Shown: positions 52,214 to 61,396 of the stretch, in pieces | How positions within the stretch are numbered: position 1 is the first letter of the stretch | Layout: each line of letters begins with the position of its first letter | Origin: Bacillota bacterium | GTDB lineage: Bacteria > Bacillota > DTU025 | DNA length: 64,000 nucleotides | Assembly: GCA_050951805.1 (NCBI GenBank) | Contig: JBMNJT010000002.1 | Location: 384,001-448,000 of the forward strand | Direction of reading: 5' to 3' | The notes under the pieces: generated by a model | Seen by the model: the letters and a program-made list of their open reading frames with translations, nothing else | What the model was told of the DNA's origin: nothing | The model's database searches: none | Made by a program: the position numbers and the translations under genes

Positions 52214-53077
52214 TCAACCCTTCACTGTGGAATGCAAGCCCTCGGTGCTGATGAAGTAATTCGACATAGTGAAGAACAAGATGAACATCGGAAGGCTGGC
52301 CATGGTCGCAACGGCCATCATGATCCCTTCGTCACTGTGGGTTTCCGCCATGAACTTGGTTATATACAGAGGAATCGTTTTCATCTCATCGCTCTGAACC
52401 ACGAGCAGGGGCCAGAGCAGGTTGTCCCATTGTGAGCGGAACGTCAGAATCGCCAGGGTGGCGATGGCCGGACCACTGTTGGGCAACACGATGTTGGCGA
52501 AAATGCGGGGTTCACTCGCGCCATCGATGCGGGCGGCATCGAGCACCTCATCGGGGAAGGTGATCAGAAACTGCCGCATCAAAAACACGCCAAAAGCGTT
52601 GGTGAGGAAGGGCAGAATGAGTCCGGCATATGAATCGTGCAGCCCCATTTTTGTGACTACCATGTAGAGCGGGATCATGATGGTCTCGAAAGGGATCATC
52701 ATTGTCGCCATTATCAGCATGAAGACGAGATTGCGACCTTTAAATTGGAATTTAGCGAGCCCATACCCTGACATTGACGACAGAAGAACTGTTGTTGCGG
52801 TGACAGAAAGGGCAACGACGAGAGAGTTGAGTATGTTGCGAACAAATATGAATGACCCGTCAGGTCCCTTCAAACCATTCCAATAGTTCTGCCAGTGTAT
52901 GTGATCACTGAACCAAGGGTAGGGCAGTTTCATAATATCTATTGCGGGCATGAAGGATGCAGTAACCATGAACAGAAGTGGTGTGACCACGAACACGCAG
53001 GCCAAAATGAGAAATAGCCAGATAAAGATGTCTGCCAGCCTTTCTCCGATTGGGGCCTTCCCTTTAGCATAATTCAT
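52214..53077 (-). CDS. Carbohydrate ABC permease (MalG-like)
   Basis: DAARIDGAS, WDNLLWP. Confidence 0.92.
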   Translation of the reverse strand: MNYAKGKAPIGERLADIFIWLFLILACVFVVTPLLFMVTASFMPAIDIMKLPYPWFSDHIHWQNYWNGLKGPDGSFIFVRNILNSLVVALSVTATTVLLSSMSGYGLAKFQFKGRNLVFMLIMATMMIPFETIMIPLYMVVTKMGLHDSYAGLILPFLTNAFGVFLMRQFLITFPDEVLDAARIDGASEPRIFANIVLPNSGPAIATLAILTFRSQWDNLLWPLLVVQSDEMKTIPLYITKFMAETHSDEGIMMAVATMASLPMFILFFTMSNYFISTEGLHSTVKG

Positions 53078-53129
53078 GTCAATCCCCCTGATCCCAGAGC
53101 ATCTAGCTGATCGCCCTGTTTTGATATTT

Positions 53130-54041
53130 CTACATGTAAGTGACTTCCTCAGTCCTAGATATCCTGAATTGCAACCATGTTAGGACCAACATGACAAGGA
53201 AAAGCAGAACACTCATGGCGCTGGCTCTCCCGATATTGTGATCCTTGATTGCAGTATTGTAGATACTGAGGGTAATGACATCAATGGGTCTGGTGGGCGC
53301 CCCGGATGTCGTGAAGAGGTATTGCGTGCTAAAAGTCTTGAGACACTGGATCATGACCATCACTGAAACCAAGAGAGTGGTCGGCTTCAGTAGCGGAAAT
53401 GTGATATGCCAGAAGTCTTGCCATCTGTTTGCTCCATCGATCAGAGCTGCCTCGTGCAAGTAGTCTGGGATGCCTCCTATGCCAGCAATGAATACGATGG
53501 TGAAATAGCCGATGTATTTCCAAAAATACAGTATTATCGTTGACAACCGCAGCATGTTCGCGTTAGAGAGCCAGTGATAATTGACTCCCGATGTTCCATT
53601 AATAAAATTGAGCGCTTGGTTTGCCAGGCCCCGAGGATCGAAGATAAGCAGCCAGATAAGGGCCGCCACAACCGACGAAAGCGCGGCCGGGGAGTATAGC
53701 GCCATCTGAAGGAATTTCTGAAACTTTGTCCGCGACATGATGAAAGCGGCCAATACGAGGCTGAGAACGACCAGGGGAATGAATGTGCCCACTGTGAATA
53801 TGGCTGTATTGGCCACAGACTGCCAGAACATGTCTGACGAGAATAAATACTTGTAGTTGCCCCAACCGACGAATTCAGGCGGCTTGAGCGACAACAGATT
53901 CTTCTTGAAAAAGCTCATGTAGATTGCATTGCCAATGGGGTAGAAGCTGAAGACTAAGAAGAACGCCAAAGTCGGAGCGACGAATATCCATCCCCATCTG
54001 GCCTTTTTCTGTTCCATACTGAATCCCTTGTGCTGCTGCAT
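53130..54041 (-). CDS. Carbohydrate ABC permease (MalF-like)
   Basis: FVGWGNY, EAALIDGA, HITFPLLKP. Confidence 0.92.
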   Translation of the reverse strand: MQQHKGFSMEQKKARWGWIFVAPTLAFFLVFSFYPIGNAIYMSFFKKNLLSLKPPEFVGWGNYKYLFSSDMFWQSVANTAIFTVGTFIPLVVLSLVLAAFIMSRTKFQKFLQMALYSPAALSSVVAALIWLLIFDPRGLANQALNFINGTSGVNYHWLSNANMLRLSTIILYFWKYIGYFTIVFIAGIGGIPDYLHEAALIDGANRWQDFWHITFPLLKPTTLLVSVMVMIQCLKTFSTQYLFTTSGAPTRPIDVITLSIYNTAIKDHNIGRASAMSVLLFLVMLVLTWLQFRISRTEEVTYM

Positions 54042-54074
54042 CGAATCTCCCCCTCAAGGAAATCTCGGAAGCTA

Positions 54075-54101
54075 AAGTCCGGGTTGCAAGAACCCGGACT
54101 T
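54075..54101 (-). terminator. Stem-loop after the SBP gene
   Basis: AAGTCCGGGTT-GCAAG-AACCCGGACTT, a perfect 11-bp stem. Confidence 0.6.
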
Positions 54102-54119
54102 CAGCTTGCGCTGCTACTG

Positions 54120-55400
54120 CTATTCGTTATCCAGGACTTCCTGGATACGGTTGCGCAGGGTATTGAGGGCCTCTTTTGGAGGCACCTTGGACAGCATAAC
54201 GCCTTCAACTGCTTCCTTTATAAATCTTTCAAACTGGTACCCGTTTTCATGGAGGAAGACCGGATGTGCCCGGTTCATGTCTGCCATGAAGACTTCAGTG
54301 TAAGGAAGGTTCTTGAACGTCTTCGACGTCAGGAGCTCTTTGCGCGGCTGAATGAGGTTGACCTTTACCAGATACTCCATGGAATGGCTGAGCATGTAGT
54401 CAGCTAACTTCCACGCCATCTCCTGCTTTTCTTTGGGCGCCTGGGCGTTGACCATCAGGTAATGGCCATAGAAGGAGCACGCCACATCGTTGACGGCGTT
54501 CTTGAAGACTGGGAACGGAACAACCATCCATTCTTTGCTTTCGAAGAATGCAGGGTTATCGTTCTGCAACCGGCCTTGCTGATAGAACCCGCTGAGGCAC
54601 ATGGCTATGTCGTTGTTGTCCTTGTTCCAGATTTTCCTGGGAGCGGCGTATGTGGGGCTGCCGAGGTTGCGTCCGTGGGGACCCCATTCCCTCATGTATT
54701 CCAGCACTTGCAGCCATGCCTTGTCATTGACTATGGCTGTCTTGCCGTCATCACTGAGCAACTTCCCACCCAACTGCTCAACCATGGGGAGGAAAGAGAC
54801 GAGGTAGTACGGATAGCGGAAGTCGAACCCGCGCCGCACGAGGATATCACCATTGCGTATGGCAATCTTGTCGGAGATATTGGCCATGTCTTCCCATGTT
54901 TTGGGGTAGTCTTTCTCGGGATCGAGCCCTGCATCGCGGAAGACCTTCTTGTTTATGTAGATGCACCAGTTAGTGATCTCTAGGGGAAGGCCGTATATCT
55001 TCCCGCCCATGGTCACTGCATCAAAGGTGCCTTTGATGTACTGGGACTTCAATTCGTCGTAGTTTTTGACGCCAATGGCCTTGCAGTCGACAGGAGCAAC
55101 GCGGTAGTTCTTCATGTAGCCGTATTCTTGTTCGATTGGAAGGTTGAATAGGTCTGGAGCGTTATTGGCTGAGAAAGCGGTAAGGACAATGTCTCCCATC
55201 TTGCTAGCTTCATTTACGACTCTCTTGACGCGCACGTTAGGTTACATCTTGGTGAACTCAGCGATATACCTGTTTTCGATCTCGGTTCGGTTGTCGTCAG
55301 TGTGGGTCCAATAGGTCAACTCAATAGGCTTTGCGGCGCCGACTCCGAAGGACAGGGTTACGATGATGGCAACAGCGAGCAACCATGTAGACCTTTTCAT
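54120..55400 (-). pseudogene. Sugar ABC substrate-binding protein with a premature TAA
   Basis: RBS GAGGAGG and ATG 55400, signal peptide MKRSTWLLAV..., in-frame TAA at 55244-55242 (FTKM*PNVRVK), then GKIYGLP and PKTWED. Confidence 0.85.
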
Positions 55401-55860
55401 GAACAACTCCTCCTCTAGCGTCTTTGTTGGGCAGCCAACCCATGTAGTGTCTGCGGCGCGTCACCTCCATGCCAGGACTACAGGAAACCCCAGCGTGATC
55501 GTTGTCATTAGAAACCAACTATAAACAAAATTCGTCATTGAAGTAAGTAGTCCTGCGTCCAACTGCAAATCCGACACGTTTTTGCTATATGTTAGTCAGT
55601 AAGTGAAGGCGCCTGGCGTGGCATAGACCTTGTGCCGCCTGGGGGACTTGATGATAATGAAGTATCTCAGCTTGCCGCCACCGGCTACGATTTGCGGCAG
55701 GTTTGCATCGCTCCATGAATTATCGCCAGTCAGGCTCTGACCGCAAGCGTGATGAGCATGTTCAAATCCTCGTTGAGACATGATTCAGACTTGTAGAGAG
55801 GCTTCTCAAGGCTTGCGTTATTCTGATCGGCCGCAAAGCCAGATTCGACAGCCAAGACAA

Positions 55861-55904
55861 TTGACTACAACACTAGTCTGTGCTAATGTTGACTACAGAT
55901 GTAG
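55861..55904 (+). promoter_or_regulatory. Promoter with BlaI/CopY-type operator(s)
   Basis: TTGACT-17-TAATGT with extended TG. CTACAGATGTAG (TACA-N2-TGTA) follows the -10, and a second GACTACAACACTAGTC overlaps the -35. Confidence 0.7.
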
Positions 55905-56005
55905 GCACACTGGTGACTGATCCGGGGGGCCCAGCGGAGTTGCAGCTCGAAAGCTGGATTCAGAAGTCCTATTTGCATGGAGCAGCAGAGGGGATGTTGA
56001 AAGTG

Positions 56006-56707
56006 ATGGAGTTTTTGGCGAATCAGGGTAAGAGACTATCGGTGGAGATCGACGGGCGCACCTATATGCGTATTCCAATAAAGACTCATGTTGTCGTCGC
56101 AGACGACGATATTGTGGATGTGGTTGGGAGGTACGCTGAACCTCTGTTGTGTACAGGCGACATGTTGGTAGTGAGCGAGAAAATCGTAGCTATTACTCAG
56201 CACAGGGCGTATCCAGTTGACCAAATCGAACCTTCGCGGCTTGCTCGTTTTCTCTCTCGGTTCGTGTATAAATCGCCCTATGGAATCGGGCTGGCGAGCC
56301 CGTGCACGATGGAGCTGGCTATAAGGGAAGCTGGCGCGCCGAGGATAGTGGCGGCGGCGTGTGTGGCAGGGGTTGGCAAGCTTTTCGGAGCTAAAGGAGT
56401 CTTTTACCGGATATGCGGCGCAGACGTGGCCGCAATCGACGGCCCATGCGACTATACTATCCCGCCCTACGACAGGTATGCGATTTTGGCTCCGTCGAAG
56501 CCCAAAGATGTTGCTCAGTCGTTAAGCGATGCTACTGGTATGCCGGTGGCGATTGTGGATGCGAATGACTTGGGCGTTTCCATACTTGGATTATCGGCGG
56601 GATGCCCCGAGCCGGAGCTTATAAAGAAGATCCTTGCCGACAATCCCCTTGGGCAGTCATGCGAGCAGACTCCCATTGGAATAGTGCGCCAGGCTAAGGA
56701 TATATAG
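56006..56707 (+). CDS. CofE-like (F420-0:gamma-glutamyl ligase family) protein
   Basis: PIKTH, VSEKIVAI, IDG, IVDANDLG, DNPLGQ..EQTP. The start codon is approximate. Confidence 0.75.
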   Translation: MEFLANQGKRLSVEIDGRTYMRIPIKTHVVVADDDIVDVVGRYAEPLLCTGDMLVVSEKIVAITQHRAYPVDQIEPSRLARFLSRFVYKSPYGIGLASPCTMELAIREAGAPRIVAAACVAGVGKLFGAKGVFYRICGADVAAIDGPCDYTIPPYDRYAILAPSKPKDVAQSLSDATGMPVAIVDANDLGVSILGLSAGCPEPELIKKILADNPLGQSCEQTPIGIVRQAKDI

Positions 56708-57087
56708 GTTATAGCGGAACTTTCAAGATTCGACGTTTTCTCGGCGTTCAAACCGGCCTGAAGAAACAGTGATAGCCGTGGTTGGATGTGTGTTTCTTGT
56801 AGGTGACGACGATCGGCAATAAAGGGAGAACAACGTCAGGCGCCCACCTCGTGGCCAAGACAGAATGTGGCAAGCCGAGTTGACTGCTTAGCGATTACAC
56901 AGAGACAGACAGCGGGCAATGCACATCGATTAGCACCCATCTCAATTTAATGTGGGCACGTGTGCCATGGTGCTCTTTTGGCTGGAACATCCAGGGTTTG
57001 CGTTAACCCCCAAACTAGGCCCGCGTGACCTTAGAAGAGGTGACGGCGGTTACGGTTGCTACAATGCCCACGTGCACTCGGTTGCAG

Positions 57088-57131
57088 TTGACGCCCTCTG
57101 ATTCCATGCGTATACTGACTACAGATATAGT
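57088..57131 (+). promoter_or_regulatory. blaI-like promoter with autoregulatory operator
   Basis: TTGACG-17-TATACT followed directly by GACTACAGATATAGT. Confidence 0.75.
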
Positions 57132-57171
57132 TAGTAGTGCTTTAAGACGACGAGATGGGGGGTATGGGCAT

Positions 57172-57558
57172 ATGGGAATGCCTCCTCTGGGCGATCAAGA
57201 GTTGGAACTGCTACGATTTATCACCGAACATTCGCCGATCACGGTGCGTGAGGCTTATGAGAACTATGGAAAGGACCGGGGCCTTGCGCGAACCACAATC
57301 CTCACAATGATGGAAAGACTCAGAAACAAGGGTTATCTGACTAGGTCGGAGGGGAAAGGGGCAAATGAATATTCTGCCTGCTTAACCCGTTCGGCGCTCA
57401 TGCGCGGAGTGGTGCGTGGATTCGTGGAAGAGACGCTTGGAGGCACTTTGTCGCCTTTTGTGGCATATATCGCCGAAGAGGCCAGTGTAAGTCCGCAGGA
57501 ACTTGAAGAACTAAAGCGACTTGTTGAGGAACTCGAATCGCGGGAGGAAGAGAATTGA
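57172..57558 (+). CDS. BlaI/MecI/CopY-family repressor
   Basis: LGDQELELL, LARTTILTMMERLRNKGYL, C-terminal ELEELKRLV. Confidence 0.9.
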   Translation: MGMPPLGDQELELLRFITEHSPITVREAYENYGKDRGLARTTILTMMERLRNKGYLTRSEGKGANEYSACLTRSALMRGVVRGFVEETLGGTLSPFVAYIAEEASVSPQELEELKRLVEELESREEEN

Positions 57559-58694
57559 GGGGCTGTCTGCAGTATCTGTTCCAAATCTCATCCCAATACT
57601 GGGCAAGTTCCATGTGGAGGGCTTTCTATCAGGGGAGCCTGGCGCTCGCGTTTGTATGGGCTGTATGCAAAGCCTTCCCGCACATCCCCGCCCGCGTCAG
57701 ATGCTGGCTATACCGTCTTGGATTGGCCAAGTTGTTTCTTCAATTGTTCGCAGCGCCTCAGATCGATCTCGCTGTTTTGCCTCGAACTCGAACCGTAATT
57801 GCACACGTCGTGTCATATCGTTTTGCTGAGCAAATACCCACCCGCGGAGATCTGGCCCGGGGGGTTGGCGGGCCTTTGATGGCTCTTTGGATCATTGGGG
57901 TCACCATAGGCGTGGCAGGGGTCGCGATAGCTTATGCAAAGGCGCGCTCCATGGCGTTGCGCAGCGTGTCAGTACGTCGAGAGGAGCTCGATGCCATGGT
58001 GGCTCGGATATGCCGAAGCATGAAAATCAGCTGCCTGCCCGAGCTTGTAGTCGCAGGCTGGGCATCTGTCCCGATGACATTGCGAAGGAGGGGCAGGCAT
58101 GTTGTGGTTATCCCTCTAAAGTTCTTGGCTCCCGAACGTCAGAGCGACCTGGAGTTGGTGTTGGCCCATGAGTTGGCCCACATAAAGAGGCACGACTTGA
58201 ACTGGAACTGGCTTCCTACCGCGGCCAAGATTCTATTCTTCTTTAACCCTCTGATCTGGGTGGTCGATCGTGAGCTCGGTATTGCTCAGGAAATGGCTTG
58301 CGATGAGATGGCTGTGCGCGCTACTCGGTCTAAAGCTGCGAGGTACGGCAGGGTTCTCCTCACGATGGTCAGACCGGATCGGGAGGCAGGCTCCACATGG
58401 CGAGTAGCGACGGCGTCTGCAGGGGCGTCTGCCGAAGTAATACGGAGACGCCTGGTCGAGCTAGGTCACATGCAGGACCCGCCTGCAAGAAGAGTGATGG
58501 CATCTATAGTGACGTTGCTCTTCATGTGTCTGCTGGTCATGCCATTTCAGATTGTAGAGGCTCCACGCGATGGCCTGCCTCGTCCTGGAGTGTCGAGGAT
58601 CAGAGACAAGATATACATATCCGAGCCTTGGGGCGAAAAAGCATCCCTCGATGGAGTGACTATAGGCATCGACTTTGAACCTTCAGGCAAATGA
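57555..58694 (+). CDS. BlaR1-like M56 membrane metallopeptidase lacking a penicillin-binding sensor domain
   Basis: AHELAHIKRHD, FFNPLIW, EMACD; start overlaps the blaI-like stop (TTGA); short C-terminus. Confidence 0.88.
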   Translation: MRGCLQYLFQISSQYWASSMWRAFYQGSLALAFVWAVCKAFPHIPARVRCWLYRLGLAKLFLQLFAAPQIDLAVLPRTRTVIAHVVSYRFAEQIPTRGDLARGVGGPLMALWIIGVTIGVAGVAIAYAKARSMALRSVSVRREELDAMVARICRSMKISCLPELVVAGWASVPMTLRRRGRHVVVIPLKFLAPERQSDLELVLAHELAHIKRHDLNWNWLPTAAKILFFFNPLIWVVDRELGIAQEMACDEMAVRATRSKAARYGRVLLTMVRPDREAGSTWRVATASAGASAEVIRRRLVELGHMQDPPARRVMASIVTLLFMCLLVMPFQIVEAPRDGLPRPGVSRIRDKIYISEPWGEKASLDGVTIGIDFEPSGK

Positions 58695-59219
58695 CGGTTC
58701 AAAGAAGACATTGCCATGGCCATCAAGTCGCAGCCGACTGACGCTACCTGTTGCCCTCAACACTTCCATAAGAGATCCACTGGCCAACTTCGGGCATTTT
58801 TGCGGACGATTGGGTTTTGAACCGTTCGCCGACAGATGCTTCAGACTGTGTCGATAGAATCGCGCTGAGCATGTAGTTTTGGTAGTATGCAGGGTAGCGA
58901 GCAACTTGTATCTTCGCAGCCTAGTCGGGCCTCTTGCTCATCTGCATTCCAATATTTGGTTACTCATAACCATTGCCACGGCTTCTGTTGCGAGGACACG
59001 CGTGTTCGCAGAGCCGCATGGTGCAAGAGGCACGGTCTTTAGGAAGAATCGGTATTCCCTAAAAGATCAGGAAGTGAAGGTAGGGAGGCCTGCAGCTCTC
59101 CTTCATGGCGCTATAGATTGCCAAACGGACTGCCTCGACGTTGTGGTCCAGGGTCTTGGCGTGCGAGTTGAAGCTCGTATGTGAGCCCGCACCAAGGTAT
59201 TGAACGTCCAGAGGCTGTC

Positions 59220-60344
59220 TCATGAACCGCAGTCTACACACTCCTGTTCATGCGCGTCGGCAGGGGGCTCGATGGCGATGGTGTCGTCCTTTTTGACGTA
59301 TGCTGAGAATCTGCTGTGGACTTTATCGAAATCCTTGAGGATCGCTTCAGTCATCATGTCGAAAGGAACTACCACGTAGCGCCCTAGAGGGGAGTGACGG
59401 GGATTGTATAGGAGGGTCCCGGTGACGTTTTCCAGACTGATCTTCACGCCCTCGGGCGTCTCCGTCTTGACTACGTCGAGCGAGACAAGAAGGCCGACCA
59501 GTTTAAACAGCTCCTTTTGGGCGGAGAGAAAGTTGCCCAGGGAGTAGATGACCAGAGTATCGCCTACCATGGTTACCGGCTGCACTACGTGAGGGTGGTG
59601 TCCCACTATTATGTGGACGCCGAGCTCCGCGAGGTGCTCCGCTATCTCCGTCTGCTCCTTAGTAGGTGCGAAAACGTATTCATCACCCCAGTGCATGGAG
59701 ACGATGACCACATCAGCATTAGCCCTGGCTTTCTCCACATCGGCCCTGGCTGTCTCGGGGTCGTAGACGTTCACGTAGTATGCCTTGCCATTGGGGGGTC
59801 TCAGGCCGTTGGTGAGGGTGGTATAGGCAAGGAACGCACACGTGATGCCATTTACCTCCACCGTCTGTATTTCGTCCCGATCCGTCTGGCTAAAGTAGCT
59901 TCCGGCTGTGAGGACGCTTTCTTTACCGCTCCAATACTCCAGAGAGCACAGAACAGCATTTTCCCCTCGATCCAGGGTGTGGTTGTTCGCTAATGATACG
60001 AGGTTGAACCCGGTGTCGATAAAGGCGTCCCCTACCTCCTGAGGGGAGTTGAAGCGTGGGTACGTCGACAGACCGAGCTCGACGCCGCCTAGGATTGTCT
60101 CCTGGTTGTAGAAGGCGAGGTCGTGGCGGGCAATGCGGTCGGCGATGAGGCGGAGCATAGGGCGAAAATCGAAGGCGTCGTCCTCTACTCTGGCGGCGTT
60201 GTACACACCTTGGTGGATAAGGGCGTCTCCAACAGCAGCGAAGGAGAAACGGGAAGACATTCCCGGATCCCCGGGCTGTGCCCAGAGAACGAGAATGAGG
60301 GAAAGACTGATAAGGACGAGCGGAAAGGTCTTTCTTCGGATCAT
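59220..60344 (-). CDS. CapA/PgsA-family (PGA_cap) metallophosphoesterase-like protein
   Basis: VGD, NQET, LANNHTLD, HWGDEY, GHHPHV, YSLGNF; N-terminal TM. Confidence 0.9.
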   Translation of the reverse strand: MIRRKTFPLVLISLSLILVLWAQPGDPGMSSRFSFAAVGDALIHQGVYNAARVEDDAFDFRPMLRLIADRIARHDLAFYNQETILGGVELGLSTYPRFNSPQEVGDAFIDTGFNLVSLANNHTLDRGENAVLCSLEYWSGKESVLTAGSYFSQTDRDEIQTVEVNGITCAFLAYTTLTNGLRPPNGKAYYVNVYDPETARADVEKARANADVVIVSMHWGDEYVFAPTKEQTEIAEHLAELGVHIIVGHHPHVVQPVTMVGDTLVIYSLGNFLSAQKELFKLVGLLVSLDVVKTETPEGVKISLENVTGTLLYNPRHSPLGRYVVVPFDMMTEAILKDFDKVHSRFSAYVKKDDTIAIEPPADAHEQECVDCGS

Positions 60345-60478
60345 GATCTCCTCCATGAGCATGCGTTTCAATCAATAGCTCAGTTCGCCCCGCTCAGGAC
60401 ATACTCCTCTTCGCGTTAGCCGGGTGTTGTCATGATGGGGGATCCTGACACAGCTTTCTCCTCTAACCTCCTTGAGTT

Positions 60479-60487
60479 TGGTATAAT
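60479..60487 (+). promoter_or_regulatory. Extended -10 promoter
   Basis: TGGTATAAT (TGnTATAAT) about 13 nt upstream of a structured segment. Confidence 0.6.
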
Positions 60488-60494
60488 CATAACA

Positions 60495-60793
60495 TCAGCA
60501 GGGCTTCATGCCCGAGGCACTGGGGTATTCTGAGCATTCCTAAGCGGCCAAGGTCTGAATTTCAGACGGAGTCAGGTTGTCGACAAAAGCGCTCATCAAC
60601 TCGAAGCGCGTGAGCGTTGGCGATGGGAATTCGGGATCTCCTAGGTGGCAAGCCATCCGTACGGGAAGTTGCTAGATGAGAATGAAGCGGAGAAAATGTC
60701 GAGCTGGAAGAGGCTTTACGGATACTGTGGCAATAGGATGAGTGCCCCGGCTTGTCTCAAACGAGCCCGACGGTTAGCATCGGATTTGTTTTT
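60495..60793 (+). ncRNA. Candidate structured RNA of unknown family
   Basis: Nested long-range helices needing G-U pairs on the + strand (see findings); promoter upstream, U-rich tract downstream. Confidence 0.55.
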
Positions 60794-60889
60794 GCCTGAG
60801 GAGGCCGCGGCATTGGTTACGGGATTAAGTTGAGGAATCCTATCTTGGAGACTGACCAAGTTGAAACTTCCAAAGAGGTGTAGTGGCTT

Positions 60890-61396
60890 ATGGATGCCGA
60901 GTACTTCGTGGATCTGGCCTTGGAGTGGGGGGCTGATCATGCCGTCCCCTTTGAAATCAGTGATATCGTATTCGATCCGCGGACTATCTTAAAGTGCGCT
61001 TTTGGTTGCGGTGACTGGGGCTATGGGCACACTTGCCCCTCTCGGCCTCTTTCTCTTAGGCCTTGGGAGTATGAACAGGTGTTGCGCCGTTATTCTTGGG
61101 GGATTATCATTCATTCTACGGATAAACGTATTTCGCAGGATGTCTCCTTCGGCATTGAACGCGAAGCCTTTTTGCGCGGATATTATCTGGCCTTTTCACT
61201 TAGCGATTGCGCCATATGCGGGCAATGCGCTGGATTTGTCGGTAAGCCGTGCGCCAATCCCCAAAAGGCGCGTCCGGCCTTTCACAGTGTGGGCATTGAC
61301 GTTTTCAAGACTGTGCACCGCTTCGGCCTGCCGTTGGATACTCTCAAGAGCGAGGATGAAACGCCCAACTGGTATTCAGCGGTATTCATCGAGTGA
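60890..61396 (+). CDS. DUF2284 Cys-rich putative metal-binding protein
   Basis: FDPR..LKC..GC..WG...TCP; C..C..C......C..P..ARP....VGIDV; RBS GAGGTG. Confidence 0.85.
   Translation: MDAEYFVDLALEWGADHAVPFEISDIVFDPRTILKCAFGCGDWGYGHTCPSRPLSLRPWEYEQVLRRYSWGIIIHSTDKRISQDVSFGIEREAFLRGYYLAFSLSDCAICGQCAGFVGKPCANPQKARPAFHSVGIDVFKTVHRFGLPLDTLKSEDETPNWYSAVFIE

Noticed and set aside
15447-55244. In-frame stops as evidence of recoding (Sec, Pyl or an alternative genetic code)
   Set aside because: The three stops differ (TGA, TAG, TAA), two occur in a locus that also has frameshifts, and all three codons terminate normal genes elsewhere in the window.
57025-57171. N-terminal extension of the BlaI-like ORF (likewise 55880-56005 and 27320-27496)
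   Set aside because: These extensions run through promoter/operator or non-coding sequence; downstream starts with RBSs fit better.
60592-60680. SAM-I riboswitch (CTCATC...GATGAG P1-like pairing)
   Set aside because: Lacks the AUC-x-AGAG, GAGGGA-x-UGG-CCC kink-turn and GCAAC core; the helix fits better as part of the longer rod.
60501-60768. Large SRP RNA
   Set aside because: The size fits, but the conserved helix-8 motif (CAGG-x-CC-GNRA-GG-x-AGCAG) is absent.
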